Assembly (NCBI GenBank): GCA_047946875.1
Contig: CP181398.1
Location: forward strand, 335,154 to 399,153
Direction: 5' to 3'
Source of the DNA: Candidatus Kerfeldbacteria bacterium
GTDB lineage: Bacteria; Patescibacteriota; Patescibacteriia; UBA10025; JAHIVO01
Length of the DNA stretch: 64,000 bases
Shown in pieces: positions 28,328 to 38,688 of this stretch. The position numbers were made by a program, and so were the translations under genes. Below the pieces are notes generated by a model. It had not been told where the DNA came from, did no database searches, and worked only from the letters and a program-made list of their open reading frames with translations. Position 1 is the first letter of the stretch. The number at the start of each line of letters is the position of its first letter.

Positions 28328-29998
28328 ATGGATATATCTACATTTCTTAAAAAAAATATGCATATACTCATTCTTGCATTTGTAGGGATTGTATTTGTAA
28401 TAATTTATTCATGGCTATATTCAGGTATTGAACCAAAATTCTCTTCACCAGACGAAACGGCGAATTATTTTTTTACAAATTTATTTGCTAACGAGAGTCA
28501 GCTAAAATATTATGAACCATTAAATCAATTAGTGGATGGGGTAGTGATGCCTAGAAGTATGGGATTTGTAGATGGATATACGGTGCCAAGTAGTTTCTTA
28601 GGAATGATAATAATATTTGGTTTGATTGCAAAAGTTTTAGGTACGGGAATAATTTTGTTATTAACTCCGATATTTTCAGTAATTGGAGTTATATTTTTTT
28701 ATTTATTATTAAAGAATATTTTTACAAAAAATATTGCATTTATTTCTTCATTATTATTATTTTTTTTACCAACATATTGGTTGTATAGTTCAAGAGGGAT
28801 GTTTCATAATATCTTATTTATTTCTTTATTAATTATAGGTTTTTATTATTTGGTATTGCTTTTGAGAGGCAAAGCAAGTAATAAAAAAATGATATTATTT
28901 TCATCTTTAAGTGGATTTTTTCTAGGACTCTCAATAATTACTAGGATGTCTGAGATTGTATGGGTTGGTTTGATCGTATTAGTTTTATTAGTATATAAAA
29001 GGAATAAGTTAGATTGGAAGTTGATTGTTTCTTTTTTGGTCCCAGTAGTTTTACTTTTAGGTACATTAATAACTATTAATTATCAAATATATGGAGGACC
29101 TTTGCCTGCAACGTATTCTTCACAATTAGTTGAATCGTCGGTAACTGCCTCATCATCAAGTAATTTGATAAAAACTATAGGAAATTTAATATTTCCATTT
29201 GGATTAAATTTTGAACTTATTGGCAAGGCGCTACATCAATATTTGGTGCTTATATTTCCTTGGTATTCTATTTTACTATTAACCAGTATTATTTGGTTTT
29301 GTAAAAATGTTATTTTCAGTAAGGTTAGTAAAATATTTCCAGAAGTAAAGAAGTTTGCTAATGATGTACCAAAAAAGATTATAATATATTTTTTAACTTT
29401 TTTAATAATGTCAGTATGGCTGATACTATATTATGGATCATTTGAATTTTACGAATATATTGACAAAACAAAAATTATTTTTAGTTCCTCGTATTTAAGA
29501 TATTGGCTACCTATATATATTTTTGGCATTCCATTATTAGTTATGGGAGTAGTTAATATTGCAAGTCTATTTAAGTCTAAAAGAGCTGCTAAGTTAGTCA
29601 CTTTTTTGTTAATTATAGGTTTTGTCTATTTTTCTTTAGCTACTACAATAGTAGATCCTTTGCATGGTATTAGTCAGGTAAAGCGAAATAATATAAGAAG
29701 TTTGGAAATTTCAACTGAAATTAACGATATAACTTCTACTGATTCAATTATTATATCTGGCTTTGCTGACAAAGTATTTTTCCCTGAAAGAAAAGTAGTT
29801 GTTGAGCTTCCAGGCGATGCTAGAAATAAAGCAAAGGTATTATCAGTATTGTTAGACAATACTACAGTTTATTATTATCATAGTATGCTTGATAATGACT
29901 CTGTGAAAACGATTGAAGAATTAAAAAAACTAAATGTAAGGTTCAACAAAATTAATCAATTTGAGGATGATTATACCATTCTATATCAGTTGCAATAG
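28328..29998 (+). CDS. GT-C (GT39/PMT/ArnT-like) membrane glycosyltransferase
   Basis: First-loop SPDETANY acidic motif; about 11 TM segments; SYLRYWLP. Confidence 0.8.
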   Translation: MDISTFLKKNMHILILAFVGIVFVIIYSWLYSGIEPKFSSPDETANYFFTNLFANESQLKYYEPLNQLVDGVVMPRSMGFVDGYTVPSSFLGMIIIFGLIAKVLGTGIILLLTPIFSVIGVIFFYLLLKNIFTKNIAFISSLLLFFLPTYWLYSSRGMFHNILFISLLIIGFYYLVLLLRGKASNKKMILFSSLSGFFLGLSIITRMSEIVWVGLIVLVLLVYKRNKLDWKLIVSFLVPVVLLLGTLITINYQIYGGPLPATYSSQLVESSVTASSSSNLIKTIGNLIFPFGLNFELIGKALHQYLVLIFPWYSILLLTSIIWFCKNVIFSKVSKIFPEVKKFANDVPKKIIIYFLTFLIMSVWLILYYGSFEFYEYIDKTKIIFSSSYLRYWLPIYIFGIPLLVMGVVNIASLFKSKRAAKLVTFLLIIGFVYFSLATTIVDPLHGISQVKRNNIRSLEISTEINDITSTDSIIISGFADKVFFPERKVVVELPGDARNKAKVLSVLLDNTTVYYYHSMLDNDSVKTIEELKKLNVRFNKINQFEDDYTILYQLQ

Positions 29999-30040
29999 GC
30001 TTTATTTTTATGTATAGTAATAACTATTATATATTAGAGA

Positions 30041-31804
30041 ATGAAACAAAATTATATAAAAAAAAGTAATAAATTAGTATCATTTATAAAACTCATTATA
30101 TGGATTGTCCCAGTAATCATTTTTGCGTTTATTATAAACAGTAATTTTGCTCCATTAGGAATTTTGGATATCGAATATAACGTAAATGAAGATTCTAATT
30201 TGGTTAGGAATTTTGCAAATAAAGAGCCCGATAAATTAATTGGAACTATCAATCCAGCAACTAATAATGATTATTATCAACTGATTACTACAACGCCAGT
30301 ATATTTTGATGTAAATGTACCTCGTGCATTCACCAAGGCTACAGTAACAATGAAGTATCAAAATATTGATCAACAGCCTGAAATATCATTAGGTGTTAAG
30401 CAAGCGAATAAAGCATATTATTATAAAGATATGGCTTTTTTTAATGAATCATTAGAAAATCTCAGTGATCATTGGAATAAAATTGATGATGCAGATGCAA
30501 CATTGTGGCAAAAGGATGTAGATTATTACAATGCCAAACAATCAGAAATAGATATTTTGGACGAATTGAAAGAGGGAGAAATGCTAAAATTGAATAATGA
30601 ATTTCCAGATGAGTTCAAATCAACACTAGATAAGCAGAATTTTGATAATAAGGAGGATCTAATTTTGAAAGAGTATAAAGATAAAGTAAAAGTAGCTATC
30701 GATGAAGTGAAAGATAAAAAAAATAATTCATTAGAATATTTATCAATAAATGATTTTTTCAGTAATTTTCCCGAACCAACGAAAGTATTAAAGTTTAATT
30801 ACGATTTAGATTCTTTTCTAGAGATCCCTGGATATGAGCAGAGCAATAAGGTTTTGGAAATAAATAAAAGTTTAAGAGGTAGTCATGAGATATATACTTA
30901 CATAGGGAGTGGTGAAGATCTAAATTTTATTTTTACACTACAGGATAGCAATAGGCATAATGGTGAAGATGTATTAAATGTAAAGGTATATAACAGTAAA
31001 AACGAATTAATTGAAGAAGTATCAGCTCCTGATGATGGAGAAATACATGCTACAGGGAAAATTTTACCAGAGAGAAGGCACCAACTATTAATTGAAGATT
31101 TGTCATTTGGGACATACAGATTAATCTTAAATATTCCAGATGATGATATATTTATCAAGAAAATCGAAACTCATCAACATCTGGTAATGTTTAAAAAAAA
31201 TATATATCTTACTGATAATATTGAATATAAAGGGATTATAAATGAAGATAATATTTCTCCAACAACACTTTATACGAATAGTAGTTATGTGAAAGCTAGA
31301 ACATCTCATGACAATGGGTTGCAGGTTTTAAGGGTAGGTAGTAATAATCTAAGATTGGAAGATAAACATATTTTGAATGAGATAAAAACTTTAGGGGGGA
31401 TAGTACCAATTGTTTCGCCGAAAAATGATATATATATAGAAGGAGATGGTTTTTTTGCATTTACTAAGGAACAGTTATTTGATCCAAATTTTAGTTCAGT
31501 AAAAAATGTTGATCAAGTGGAAAATATTAATGAATTTGATTTTATCCTTTCAAAATATCCAAAAGTTGAATTTGAAAGTAATTGGCAAATAGCTAGTGCA
31601 TCAGTTGAAGCTCCCTACTTATTCATAAATGAAGGTAAAGATAAAATAATAAATTTCATGATTGATTTACCGGGGTTACCTGAGAATGATCGACAGCTCA
31701 AAATAAATCAAATTAATATTAGGTTTGAAAAAGATCCAATAACTTTTTCGAGAGTATTGACGAAAATTAGACAATTTTTTAGCAATATTAAAGCAAAGTT
31801 TTAA
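30041..31804 (+). CDS. Hypothetical membrane-anchored extracellular protein
   Basis: 587-aa ORF with a single N-terminal TM segment, a beta-rich body and a charged helical insert. Confidence 0.75.
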   Translation: MKQNYIKKSNKLVSFIKLIIWIVPVIIFAFIINSNFAPLGILDIEYNVNEDSNLVRNFANKEPDKLIGTINPATNNDYYQLITTTPVYFDVNVPRAFTKATVTMKYQNIDQQPEISLGVKQANKAYYYKDMAFFNESLENLSDHWNKIDDADATLWQKDVDYYNAKQSEIDILDELKEGEMLKLNNEFPDEFKSTLDKQNFDNKEDLILKEYKDKVKVAIDEVKDKKNNSLEYLSINDFFSNFPEPTKVLKFNYDLDSFLEIPGYEQSNKVLEINKSLRGSHEIYTYIGSGEDLNFIFTLQDSNRHNGEDVLNVKVYNSKNELIEEVSAPDDGEIHATGKILPERRHQLLIEDLSFGTYRLILNIPDDDIFIKKIETHQHLVMFKKNIYLTDNIEYKGIINEDNISPTTLYTNSSYVKARTSHDNGLQVLRVGSNNLRLEDKHILNEIKTLGGIVPIVSPKNDIYIEGDGFFAFTKEQLFDPNFSSVKNVDQVENINEFDFILSKYPKVEFESNWQIASASVEAPYLFINEGKDKIINFMIDLPGLPENDRQLKINQINIRFEKDPITFSRVLTKIRQFFSNIKAKF

Positions 31805-31806
31805 AA

Positions 31807-32223
31807 ATGTTATTACCAAAAAACAACGAAGATAGAAATAATATCATTCAGGGGGTGAAAGAAATCGTTAATGAAATTTTTAAAGTATCATTAATAAGTT
31901 ATTTTTTATTTTTGTTAATAGAATCTGCTAATCCTGGTTTTGTAGAGGGTTATTTTAATTTAACTATATTGATATACGTAGTAATTTGTACAGGGTTAAT
32001 ATCTTTAATATTTAAAGAAGAAGACATAGAAATTGTTAATACGAAATATAAAGTATCTGACTGGTTAATGATTATATTTATTGGAATTTGTGCTATGATA
32101 TTTATCTATTTCCAGATTGAGGATTTAGGAAATTTGTCATATTATATATCTATCTTAGCTGGCATAATAATAATTTTAGTATCATTTTTCTTACTTAACG
32201 ATAATGATATTGAAGATAAATAA
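31807..32223 (+). CDS. Hypothetical 4-TM membrane protein
   Basis: Hydrophobic ORF, 2 bp after the upstream stop. Confidence 0.75.
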   Translation: MLLPKNNEDRNNIIQGVKEIVNEIFKVSLISYFLFLLIESANPGFVEGYFNLTILIYVVICTGLISLIFKEEDIEIVNTKYKVSDWLMIIFIGICAMIFIYFQIEDLGNLSYYISILAGIIIILVSFFLLNDNDIEDK

Positions 32224-32253
32224 TAATTTTTAAATAATAAGTAAATAATATAT

Positions 32254-33510
32254 ATGCAAAACGACGTAAAAAATATAAACTTAGCATCTCATGGAGTTAA
32301 GAGAATCGAATGGGCAGATAATGATATGCCGGTTCTTAGAAATGTACGAGCTAAGTTTGCTAAGAATAAACCATTTAAAGGGCAAAAAATGTCTGCCTGT
32401 CTTCATGTGACTGCCGAAACTGCTAATTTAGTTAGAGCACTTAAAGCTGGTGGAGCTGATATATTATTAGTTGCTTCTAATCCTTTATCTACTCAAGATG
32501 ATGTGGCTGCTGCTTTGGTAAAATATTATAAAATACCAGTTTTGGCTATTCGTGGTGAAGATAAAGCTACATATTATAAACATCTTAATGCTGCTTTGGT
32601 TCGTAAACCAGTTATTACTATGGATGACGGTGCAGACCTTATTTCACTTTTACATAATAAATATAAAGCTTGGGCACCAAAGGTCATGGGTTCTATGGAA
32701 GAGACTACAACTGGCGTTATTCGTCTCAAGGCTATGGAAAAAGCTGGTAAATTGGAATTACCAGTAATTGCTGTTAACGATGCTCAAACCAAAAATATGT
32801 TTGATAATCGCTATGGAACTGGTCAATCTACAGTTGATGGTATAATTAGGGCCACAGATATGTTAATAGCTGGAAAATATATAGTAACTGCTGGTTATGG
32901 TTGGTGTGGACGTGGTTTTGCTATGAGGGCTCGTGGTATGGGTGCTAAAGTAATAGTAACTGAAGTTGATAAGATAAAAGCGTTGGAAGCTGCTATGGAT
33001 GGTTTTGATGTGATGCCAATCAAAGAAGCTGCTAAGATCGGAGATTTGTTTTGTACTTTGACGGGGGATATTCATGTTATCAGACCGGAGCATTTCAAAC
33101 TTATGAAGGATGGTGCTATGGTTTGCAATTCAGGACATTTTGATATAGAGATTGATGTCAAAGGGTTGAAAAAAATGGCAACTTCAGTAAGAAAAAATGT
33201 TCGCAACTTTGTAGATGAATATACGGTTGGTAAAAAAAGAATATTTGTATTGGCTGGTGGTCGACTTATCAATCTAGCAGCCGCTGAGGGTCATCCAGCA
33301 AGTGTAATGGATATGAGTTTTTCTACTCAATCTTTGGCTAGTGAATATGTTGCTAAAAATTATAAAAAATTAAACAATAAGGTATATGATGTCCCACAAG
33401 ATATAGAAGATTATGTAGCTGATTTAAAATTAAAAGCAATGGGTATAAATATTGATAAATTAACTCCTGAGCAAGAAGAATATCTTTCTTCTTGGAATAT
33501 GGGTACTTAG
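32254..33510 (+). CDS. ahcY: Adenosylhomocysteinase (SAH hydrolase)
   Basis: [68 protein letters not shown]. Confidence 0.96.
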   Translation: MQNDVKNINLASHGVKRIEWADNDMPVLRNVRAKFAKNKPFKGQKMSACLHVTAETANLVRALKAGGADILLVASNPLSTQDDVAAALVKYYKIPVLAIRGEDKATYYKHLNAALVRKPVITMDDGADLISLLHNKYKAWAPKVMGSMEETTTGVIRLKAMEKAGKLELPVIAVNDAQTKNMFDNRYGTGQSTVDGIIRATDMLIAGKYIVTAGYGWCGRGFAMRARGMGAKVIVTEVDKIKALEAAMDGFDVMPIKEAAKIGDLFCTLTGDIHVIRPEHFKLMKDGAMVCNSGHFDIEIDVKGLKKMATSVRKNVRNFVDEYTVGKKRIFVLAGGRLINLAAAEGHPASVMDMSFSTQSLASEYVAKNYKKLNNKVYDVPQDIEDYVADLKLKAMGINIDKLTPEQEEYLSSWNMGT

Positions 33511-33514
33511 AACA

Positions 33515-34042
33515 ATGAAAGATCCCTGGAAAAAAATATCGTCTAAAACCGTATATAAAAATCTGTGGGTTAAGGTAGTAGAAGATCAGGTTATTAGACC
33601 GGATAAAAAAAAGGGTATATATGGGTGTGTAAAAACTAATAATTCAGTAGCCGTAATTGCTTTGACAAATAAAAAAGAAATATTTTTAATAAAGCAGTGG
33701 CGTTATGTTTATCAAAGGCAAACTATTGAATTGCCTTGGGGTGGTATAGAAAAAGGTGAGACCTCTCTAAATGCAGCTAAACGAGAATTAAAAGAAGAAG
33801 CAGGTGTAACTGCAAAAAAATGGAAACTGATTAGGAAGCTAGATCTCTATCCAGGAATTTCTACTGAGTCAGTCTATTTATATCTAGCATTCGATTTACG
33901 TATTGGAAAAAATCATCCAGAGGGCAATGAAGAAATTGAAGTATTAAAGATGTCACTTGAAAAAGCTCAAATGATGGTGTTGAATAAGAAGATAATAGAT
34001 TCGATCGCAATTAATGGAATTTATTTTGCAAGTTTCATATAA
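33515..34042 (+). CDS. Nudix hydrolase (ADP-ribose pyrophosphatase-like)
   Basis: QWRY..IELPWGGIEKGETSLNAAKRELKEEAG (intact Nudix box). Confidence 0.9.
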   Translation: MKDPWKKISSKTVYKNLWVKVVEDQVIRPDKKKGIYGCVKTNNSVAVIALTNKKEIFLIKQWRYVYQRQTIELPWGGIEKGETSLNAAKRELKEEAGVTAKKWKLIRKLDLYPGISTESVYLYLAFDLRIGKNHPEGNEEIEVLKMSLEKAQMMVLNKKIIDSIAINGIYFASFI

Positions 34043-34061
34043 AAATTAATATTTAAATAAT

Positions 34062-35153
34062 ATGAATTTATTAGTTACAGGCGGGGCAGGATTTATAGGT
34101 AGTAATTTTATTCATTATTGGATGAAACACCATCCAAAAGATAATATTGTTAATTATGATAAATTAACCTATGCTGGCAATCTTGATAATGTAAAGAAAT
34201 TTGTAGGGCAAGATAATTATAAATTTATTAAGGCCGATATTTGTGATATAAAAAAAGTAATTGATGCAATGTGTATTAATAAAATCGACACAATAGTCCA
34301 CTTTGCGGCTCAATCACATGTTGACCGTTCAGTTATGTTGGAGGATAGTAGTAAATTAAATGCTTCAGAATTGTTTACTGCATCGATAGATAATGATTTC
34401 GTACTTAATAATGTTTGGGGTACAAATGTCTTATTGAAAGCAGCGGTAGAAGTTTGGGAAGAGTCTGGATTTAAAGGTAAGCATTTTCATCATATATCTA
34501 CTGATGAAGTATATGGCGCTTTAGCATTAGATGATACAAAGAAGTTTGATGAAAATACGGTTTATGATCCTAGAAGTCCATATTCTGCTTCTAAGGCTGC
34601 CTCTGACCATTTAGTTAAGGCGTATCATACTACGTTTGGATTACCTGTAACTATCTCAAATACTTCAAATAATTACGGACCATATCAATATCCCGAGAAA
34701 TTATTACCAGTAGCGATTACAAATTTAATGAACGATGAGAAAGTACCTATTTACGGTGATGGTAAATATGTGAGAGATTGGTTGTACGTTGATGATCATT
34801 GTCGTGGTATTGAACTAATATTGGATAAAGGTAAGGTAGGTGAGACATATTGTATTGGTGGATTGGATGATGACGTAAATAATTTAGAATTGATCAAAAG
34901 AATGTTGAAGATAATGGGTAAACCGGATGACATGCTCGAATTTATTAAGGATCGTCCCGGACATGATCGACGTTATGCTATTGATTTCAGCAAGGCAGAA
35001 AAAGAACTTGGTTACCGGCCATTACATGATTTGGATACTTATTTAGAAAAAACTATTGAATGGTATAAAGATAATCAGGTATGGTGGAAAAAAATATTAG
35101 CCAAGAAAGCTCATCAGGATTATATTAAGAAGCAATATAAAGATCGTAAATAA
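34062..35153 (+). CDS. rfbB: dTDP-glucose 4,6-dehydratase
   Basis: TGGAGFIGSNF, DKLTYAGN, AAQSHVDRS, STDEVYG, SPYSASKA, NNYGPYQYPEK, DRPGHDRRY. Confidence 0.95.
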   Translation: MNLLVTGGAGFIGSNFIHYWMKHHPKDNIVNYDKLTYAGNLDNVKKFVGQDNYKFIKADICDIKKVIDAMCINKIDTIVHFAAQSHVDRSVMLEDSSKLNASELFTASIDNDFVLNNVWGTNVLLKAAVEVWEESGFKGKHFHHISTDEVYGALALDDTKKFDENTVYDPRSPYSASKAASDHLVKAYHTTFGLPVTISNTSNNYGPYQYPEKLLPVAITNLMNDEKVPIYGDGKYVRDWLYVDDHCRGIELILDKGKVGETYCIGGLDDDVNNLELIKRMLKIMGKPDDMLEFIKDRPGHDRRYAIDFSKAEKELGYRPLHDLDTYLEKTIEWYKDNQVWWKKILAKKAHQDYIKKQYKDRK

Positions 35154-35159
35154 ATTGAT

Positions 35160-35232
35160 TTGACATTTGTAGTAAATGGAGTAAGATTTTTGTTGTAAAA
35201 AAAATACATAGATCTTTGAAATATTAAGGAGG
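35160..35232 (+). promoter_or_regulatory. Putative promoter and Shine-Dalgarno site for the LhgO-like gene
   Basis: TTGACA(35160-65)-16 bp-TAAGAT(35182-87); AAGGAGG at 35226-35232, 6 nt before ATG 35239. Confidence 0.65.
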
Positions 35233-35238
35233 GCAATA

Positions 35239-36345
35239 ATGAAAAAAGCCGATTTTTTAGTTATAGGAGCTGGTGTAGTAGGTTGTGCAATTGCAAAGAA
35301 AATAAAAGAAGAATTTCCAGGTAGATCCGTTCTCGTGTTAGAAAAGAACGACAAACCTGGTTTGGAAACCAGTCAATTTAATAGTGGTGTTATTCATTCT
35401 GGAATTCATTTGAATCCTGATTTTTTGAAAGCTAGGCTAGCTAAAGAGAGCGGTGATTTAATAATAGATTATTGTAAGTTGTATGGAGTTCCGTATCGCC
35501 AATCCGGAATGTATATTTTGGTTTCTGGTAAAGACTTTATACATTTAGGTGGTCAGATTAAATCGTTTTTTAGTTTGATGAAAAGAGCAAAAATCCAAGG
35601 AATTGATAGGAGGATTTTAACTGGACATCAAATTAAGATGAGCGAGTCATCACTCAAGGCTGTTTTTGGAATTCATCTCAAGCAAGTTTACGTGATTGAC
35701 CCTGTAAAATTTGTATTGTCTTTGTATGATACATCAGTAACAAATGGGGTAGATTATTCTTTTGGGTCAGAGGTTGTTGGAATTTATACACAAGACAATG
35801 AATGGATAATCGAAACTGTTAAGCAATCATATTACGCAAACTGTGTTATTAATGCAGCGGGATTACATGCAGAGGATATTTCTAAGTTAGCGGGGTTGGA
35901 TTGTCCAATAGTCCACTATTACCGTGGAGAATATTACGAAGTAATTGATTCAAAAAGTCACCTTGTAAACACTTTAGTTTATCCCGTTACAAGGCCTGGT
36001 AGTCCTGGTCTTGGAATTCATCTAACTAAGACGTTGGGTGGAAAATTACTATTAGGACCAAATGCTACTTTACTTAGTGGTAATAAGGATGAAAATCGGA
36101 CTGATCCTAGATTTTTTTGGGAGGCAGTTAGGCCGTTTTTCCCTGAGTTAGAACTAGAAGATATTAGGTGGTCATTTTCTGGTGTTCGTACAAAATTATC
36201 ATCTGGTACTGGTGAAGCAGATTTTTATATCAAATTGGAGAATACCAAGGTACCTTGGGTTAATCTGGTAGGTATAGAATCACCTGGGCTCACTTCTTCT
36301 ATGGCAATAGGTAGTTATGTATCGAAAATCCTCAGATTACTTTGA
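35239..36345 (+). CDS. FAD-dependent oxidoreductase, L-2-hydroxyglutarate oxidase (LhgO)-like
   Basis: VIGAGVVG, ETSQFNSGVIHSG, INAAGLHA, RGEYY, LVYPV, GLGIHLT, GPNA, GIESPGLTSSMAIG. Confidence 0.85.
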   Translation: MKKADFLVIGAGVVGCAIAKKIKEEFPGRSVLVLEKNDKPGLETSQFNSGVIHSGIHLNPDFLKARLAKESGDLIIDYCKLYGVPYRQSGMYILVSGKDFIHLGGQIKSFFSLMKRAKIQGIDRRILTGHQIKMSESSLKAVFGIHLKQVYVIDPVKFVLSLYDTSVTNGVDYSFGSEVVGIYTQDNEWIIETVKQSYYANCVINAAGLHAEDISKLAGLDCPIVHYYRGEYYEVIDSKSHLVNTLVYPVTRPGSPGLGIHLTKTLGGKLLLGPNATLLSGNKDENRTDPRFFWEAVRPFFPELELEDIRWSFSGVRTKLSSGTGEADFYIKLENTKVPWVNLVGIESPGLTSSMAIGSYVSKILRLL

Positions 36346-36360
36346 GGATTTTTTTTATTT
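36325..36360 (+). terminator. Intrinsic terminator overlapping the LhgO-like stop codon
   Basis: aaaatcctca-gattactt-tgaggatttt followed by a T-run. Confidence 0.7.
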
Positions 36361-36398
36361 TGATATAATATCTACTATAAAGAAATAACAAATTTATT

Positions 36399-37235
36399 AT
36401 GAAAATTATTATAATTGGAGCAAATGGTATGCTTGGTCAAGAATTAGCTCAGGTTTATGCTGAAAGTAAACCTTTACTTTGGGATATTAAAGAACTTGAT
36501 ATTACTAATAGAGAACAGGTAATGAATAAAATTAGTAAACAAAAGGCGGATATTGTTTTTAATGCAGCTGCATTCAATGATGTAGATGGTGCAGAAGAAA
36601 AAGAGGATATTGCTATGAGTGTAAACGGTATTGGACCTGGGAATTTAGCTGAAGCTGTTCAAAGTTACGGAGGTATATTGGTACAATACAGCACGGATTA
36701 TGTTTTTAAGGGGGATAAGAAAGAAGGATATATTGAAGTTGATCAGCCAGATCCTCAGTCGGTTTATGCTAAGTCAAAACATATGGGTGAAATTCAAGTA
36801 GCTAAGCATTGTGATAAGTATTATATTATTAGACTATCCAAATTGTTTGGTAGGCCAGCAATAGCTGAGAATTCGAAAAAAAGTTTTGTTGATATGATGA
36901 TTGGGTTAGCAAAAGATAAGGACGAACTAAATGTTGTAGATGAAGAATTATCAGCTCCTGCTTACGCTCCTGATCTTGCAAACAGATCTAAAGAAATAGT
37001 AGATACTAAACAACCATATGGTATTTATCACGCTTGTAATTCAGGCGTATGTACTTGGTATGATCTAGTCAAAGAGACATTTACGATTAAAGATATAGAT
37101 GTTAAAGTAAATTCAGTACCAGGAAGTTTTTATCCAAGACCTGCAGCTAGGCCTATGTATTCAATTTTATTAAATACAAAAATGCCAGAGATCAGATCTT
37201 GGCAAGAAGCTCTAAAAGAATATTTAACAAACTAG
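36399..37235 (+). CDS. rfbD: dTDP-4-dehydrorhamnose reductase
   Basis: GANGMLG, NAAAFNDVDGAE, YSTDYVF, VYAKSKHMGE, PAARP. Confidence 0.93.
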   Translation: MKIIIIGANGMLGQELAQVYAESKPLLWDIKELDITNREQVMNKISKQKADIVFNAAAFNDVDGAEEKEDIAMSVNGIGPGNLAEAVQSYGGILVQYSTDYVFKGDKKEGYIEVDQPDPQSVYAKSKHMGEIQVAKHCDKYYIIRLSKLFGRPAIAENSKKSFVDMMIGLAKDKDELNVVDEELSAPAYAPDLANRSKEIVDTKQPYGIYHACNSGVCTWYDLVKETFTIKDIDVKVNSVPGSFYPRPAARPMYSILLNTKMPEIRSWQEALKEYLTN

Positions 37236-37781
37236 ATGGAAATAGAAAAAACAAAATTTAAAGATGCTTTCGTTATCAATCCAAAAGTATTTGGAGATCA
37301 TCGTGGTTTTTTTGTAGAAACTTATAGAGAAGAGTGGTTTAAGGATATGGGTTTAGAAATTCATTTTGTCCAAGATAATCATTCTAAATCTGCCGAAGTT
37401 GATGTATTGCGTGGTTTACATTATCAAGCACCGCCACATGCTCAATCAAAGTTAGTTAGAGTTACTAAGGGATTAGTGTATGATGTGATTGTGGATATTC
37501 GAAAAGAGTCTGATACTTATGGACAGTGGCAAGGATTTGAATTAACAGAAAAGAATTTCAAAATATTGTTCGTACCCAAAGGATTTGCTCATGGATTTTG
37601 TACACTTGAACCAAATACAGAATTTATGTATAAGGTTGATAATCTTTACAATGCTGAGTCAGAAGGCGGTATCATTTGGAATGATCCTACATTAAATATT
37701 GATTGGAAAGTAAAAGAACCAATTCTTTCAGATAAAGATACTGAGTTGGTTGAGTTTAAAAATCTGAAATCACCCTTCTAA
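37236..37781 (+). CDS. rfbC: dTDP-4-dehydrorhamnose 3,5-epimerase
   Basis: FGDHRGFF, QDNHS, LRGLHYQ, QSKLVRV, PKGFAHGF, LSDKD. Confidence 0.95.
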   Translation: MEIEKTKFKDAFVINPKVFGDHRGFFVETYREEWFKDMGLEIHFVQDNHSKSAEVDVLRGLHYQAPPHAQSKLVRVTKGLVYDVIVDIRKESDTYGQWQGFELTEKNFKILFVPKGFAHGFCTLEPNTEFMYKVDNLYNAESEGGIIWNDPTLNIDWKVKEPILSDKDTELVEFKNLKSPF

Positions 37782-37798
37782 ATATTAATAAGAATTTT

Positions 37799-38524
37799 AT
37801 GAAAGGCATAATATTAGCTGGAGGAAAAGCAACTAGATTACGACCGTTAACAAAAATAACTAGTAAACAATTATTACCGCTTTATAATAAGCCAATGATT
37901 TTTTTTCCATTACTTACTTTGATTAATGCTGGAATTAAAGAAATTCTAATTATTATTGCTCCTGATTACGCTGGACATTTTTTACACTTACTGGGGTCGG
38001 GTAAGGAATTTGGGGCAAAATTTACTTACGAAATACAAGAAGAACCACGTGGTCTAGCTGATGCTTTTATAATAGGTGAAGATTTTATGGATAATGAGAG
38101 TGTAGCTATGATTTTAGGTGATAATATTTTTGAAGATGAATTGACGGAAGAGATATCAAGCTTTAAGAGTGGAGGGAGAGTATTTGCTAAGAAAGTTCCT
38201 GATCCAGAAAGATACGGGGTAGTTAAATTTGATGAAAATAAAAAAGTATTAGAAATTGTAGAAAAACCAACAGAATGGATTAGTGATTATGCGGTACCAG
38301 GACTTTATATTTATGATAACAAAGTAAGTAAAATAGCCAAAAGTATTAAACCTTCTGAGAGAGGTGAGATTGAAATTACTGATATTAACAATGAATACAT
38401 TAAACTAGGTGAGTTGGATGTTAGGAATATAGATGGGGAATGGTTCGATGCTGGCACTTTTGATTCATTGCTAGAAGCAAGTAATTTTGTTGCTAAGCAT
38501 AAGCGGTTAAGTAAATCAATTTAA
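37799..38524 (+). CDS. rfbA: Glucose-1-phosphate thymidylyltransferase (short form)
   Basis: GIILAGGKATRLRPLT..SKQLLP, GLADAF, ILGDN, EKP, ERGEIEITD, WFDAGT. Confidence 0.9.
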   Translation: MKGIILAGGKATRLRPLTKITSKQLLPLYNKPMIFFPLLTLINAGIKEILIIIAPDYAGHFLHLLGSGKEFGAKFTYEIQEEPRGLADAFIIGEDFMDNESVAMILGDNIFEDELTEEISSFKSGGRVFAKKVPDPERYGVVKFDENKKVLEIVEKPTEWISDYAVPGLYIYDNKVSKIAKSIKPSERGEIEITDINNEYIKLGELDVRNIDGEWFDAGTFDSLLEASNFVAKHKRLSKSI

Positions 38525-38577
38525 GAGAATAGGAAACAGCTAATAATTTATAGGTTGTTTTATTATTGAATAAAAAT

Positions 38578-38665
38578 TGTCATTTCGAATATAGAGAGAA
38601 ATCTTTATAACATTTGAAACTATAACTATCTTTATTAAGATCTCTCCATTTCTGTCGAGATGACA
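38578..38665. repeat. REP-like palindromic element 1 (TGTCA...TGACA ends)
   Basis: tgtcatttcga..tcgagatgaca terminal inverted repeats; inner gagaaatct/agatctctc arms. Confidence 0.7.
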
Positions 38666-38688
38666 GAGGTATAGTATTTATATAACTT

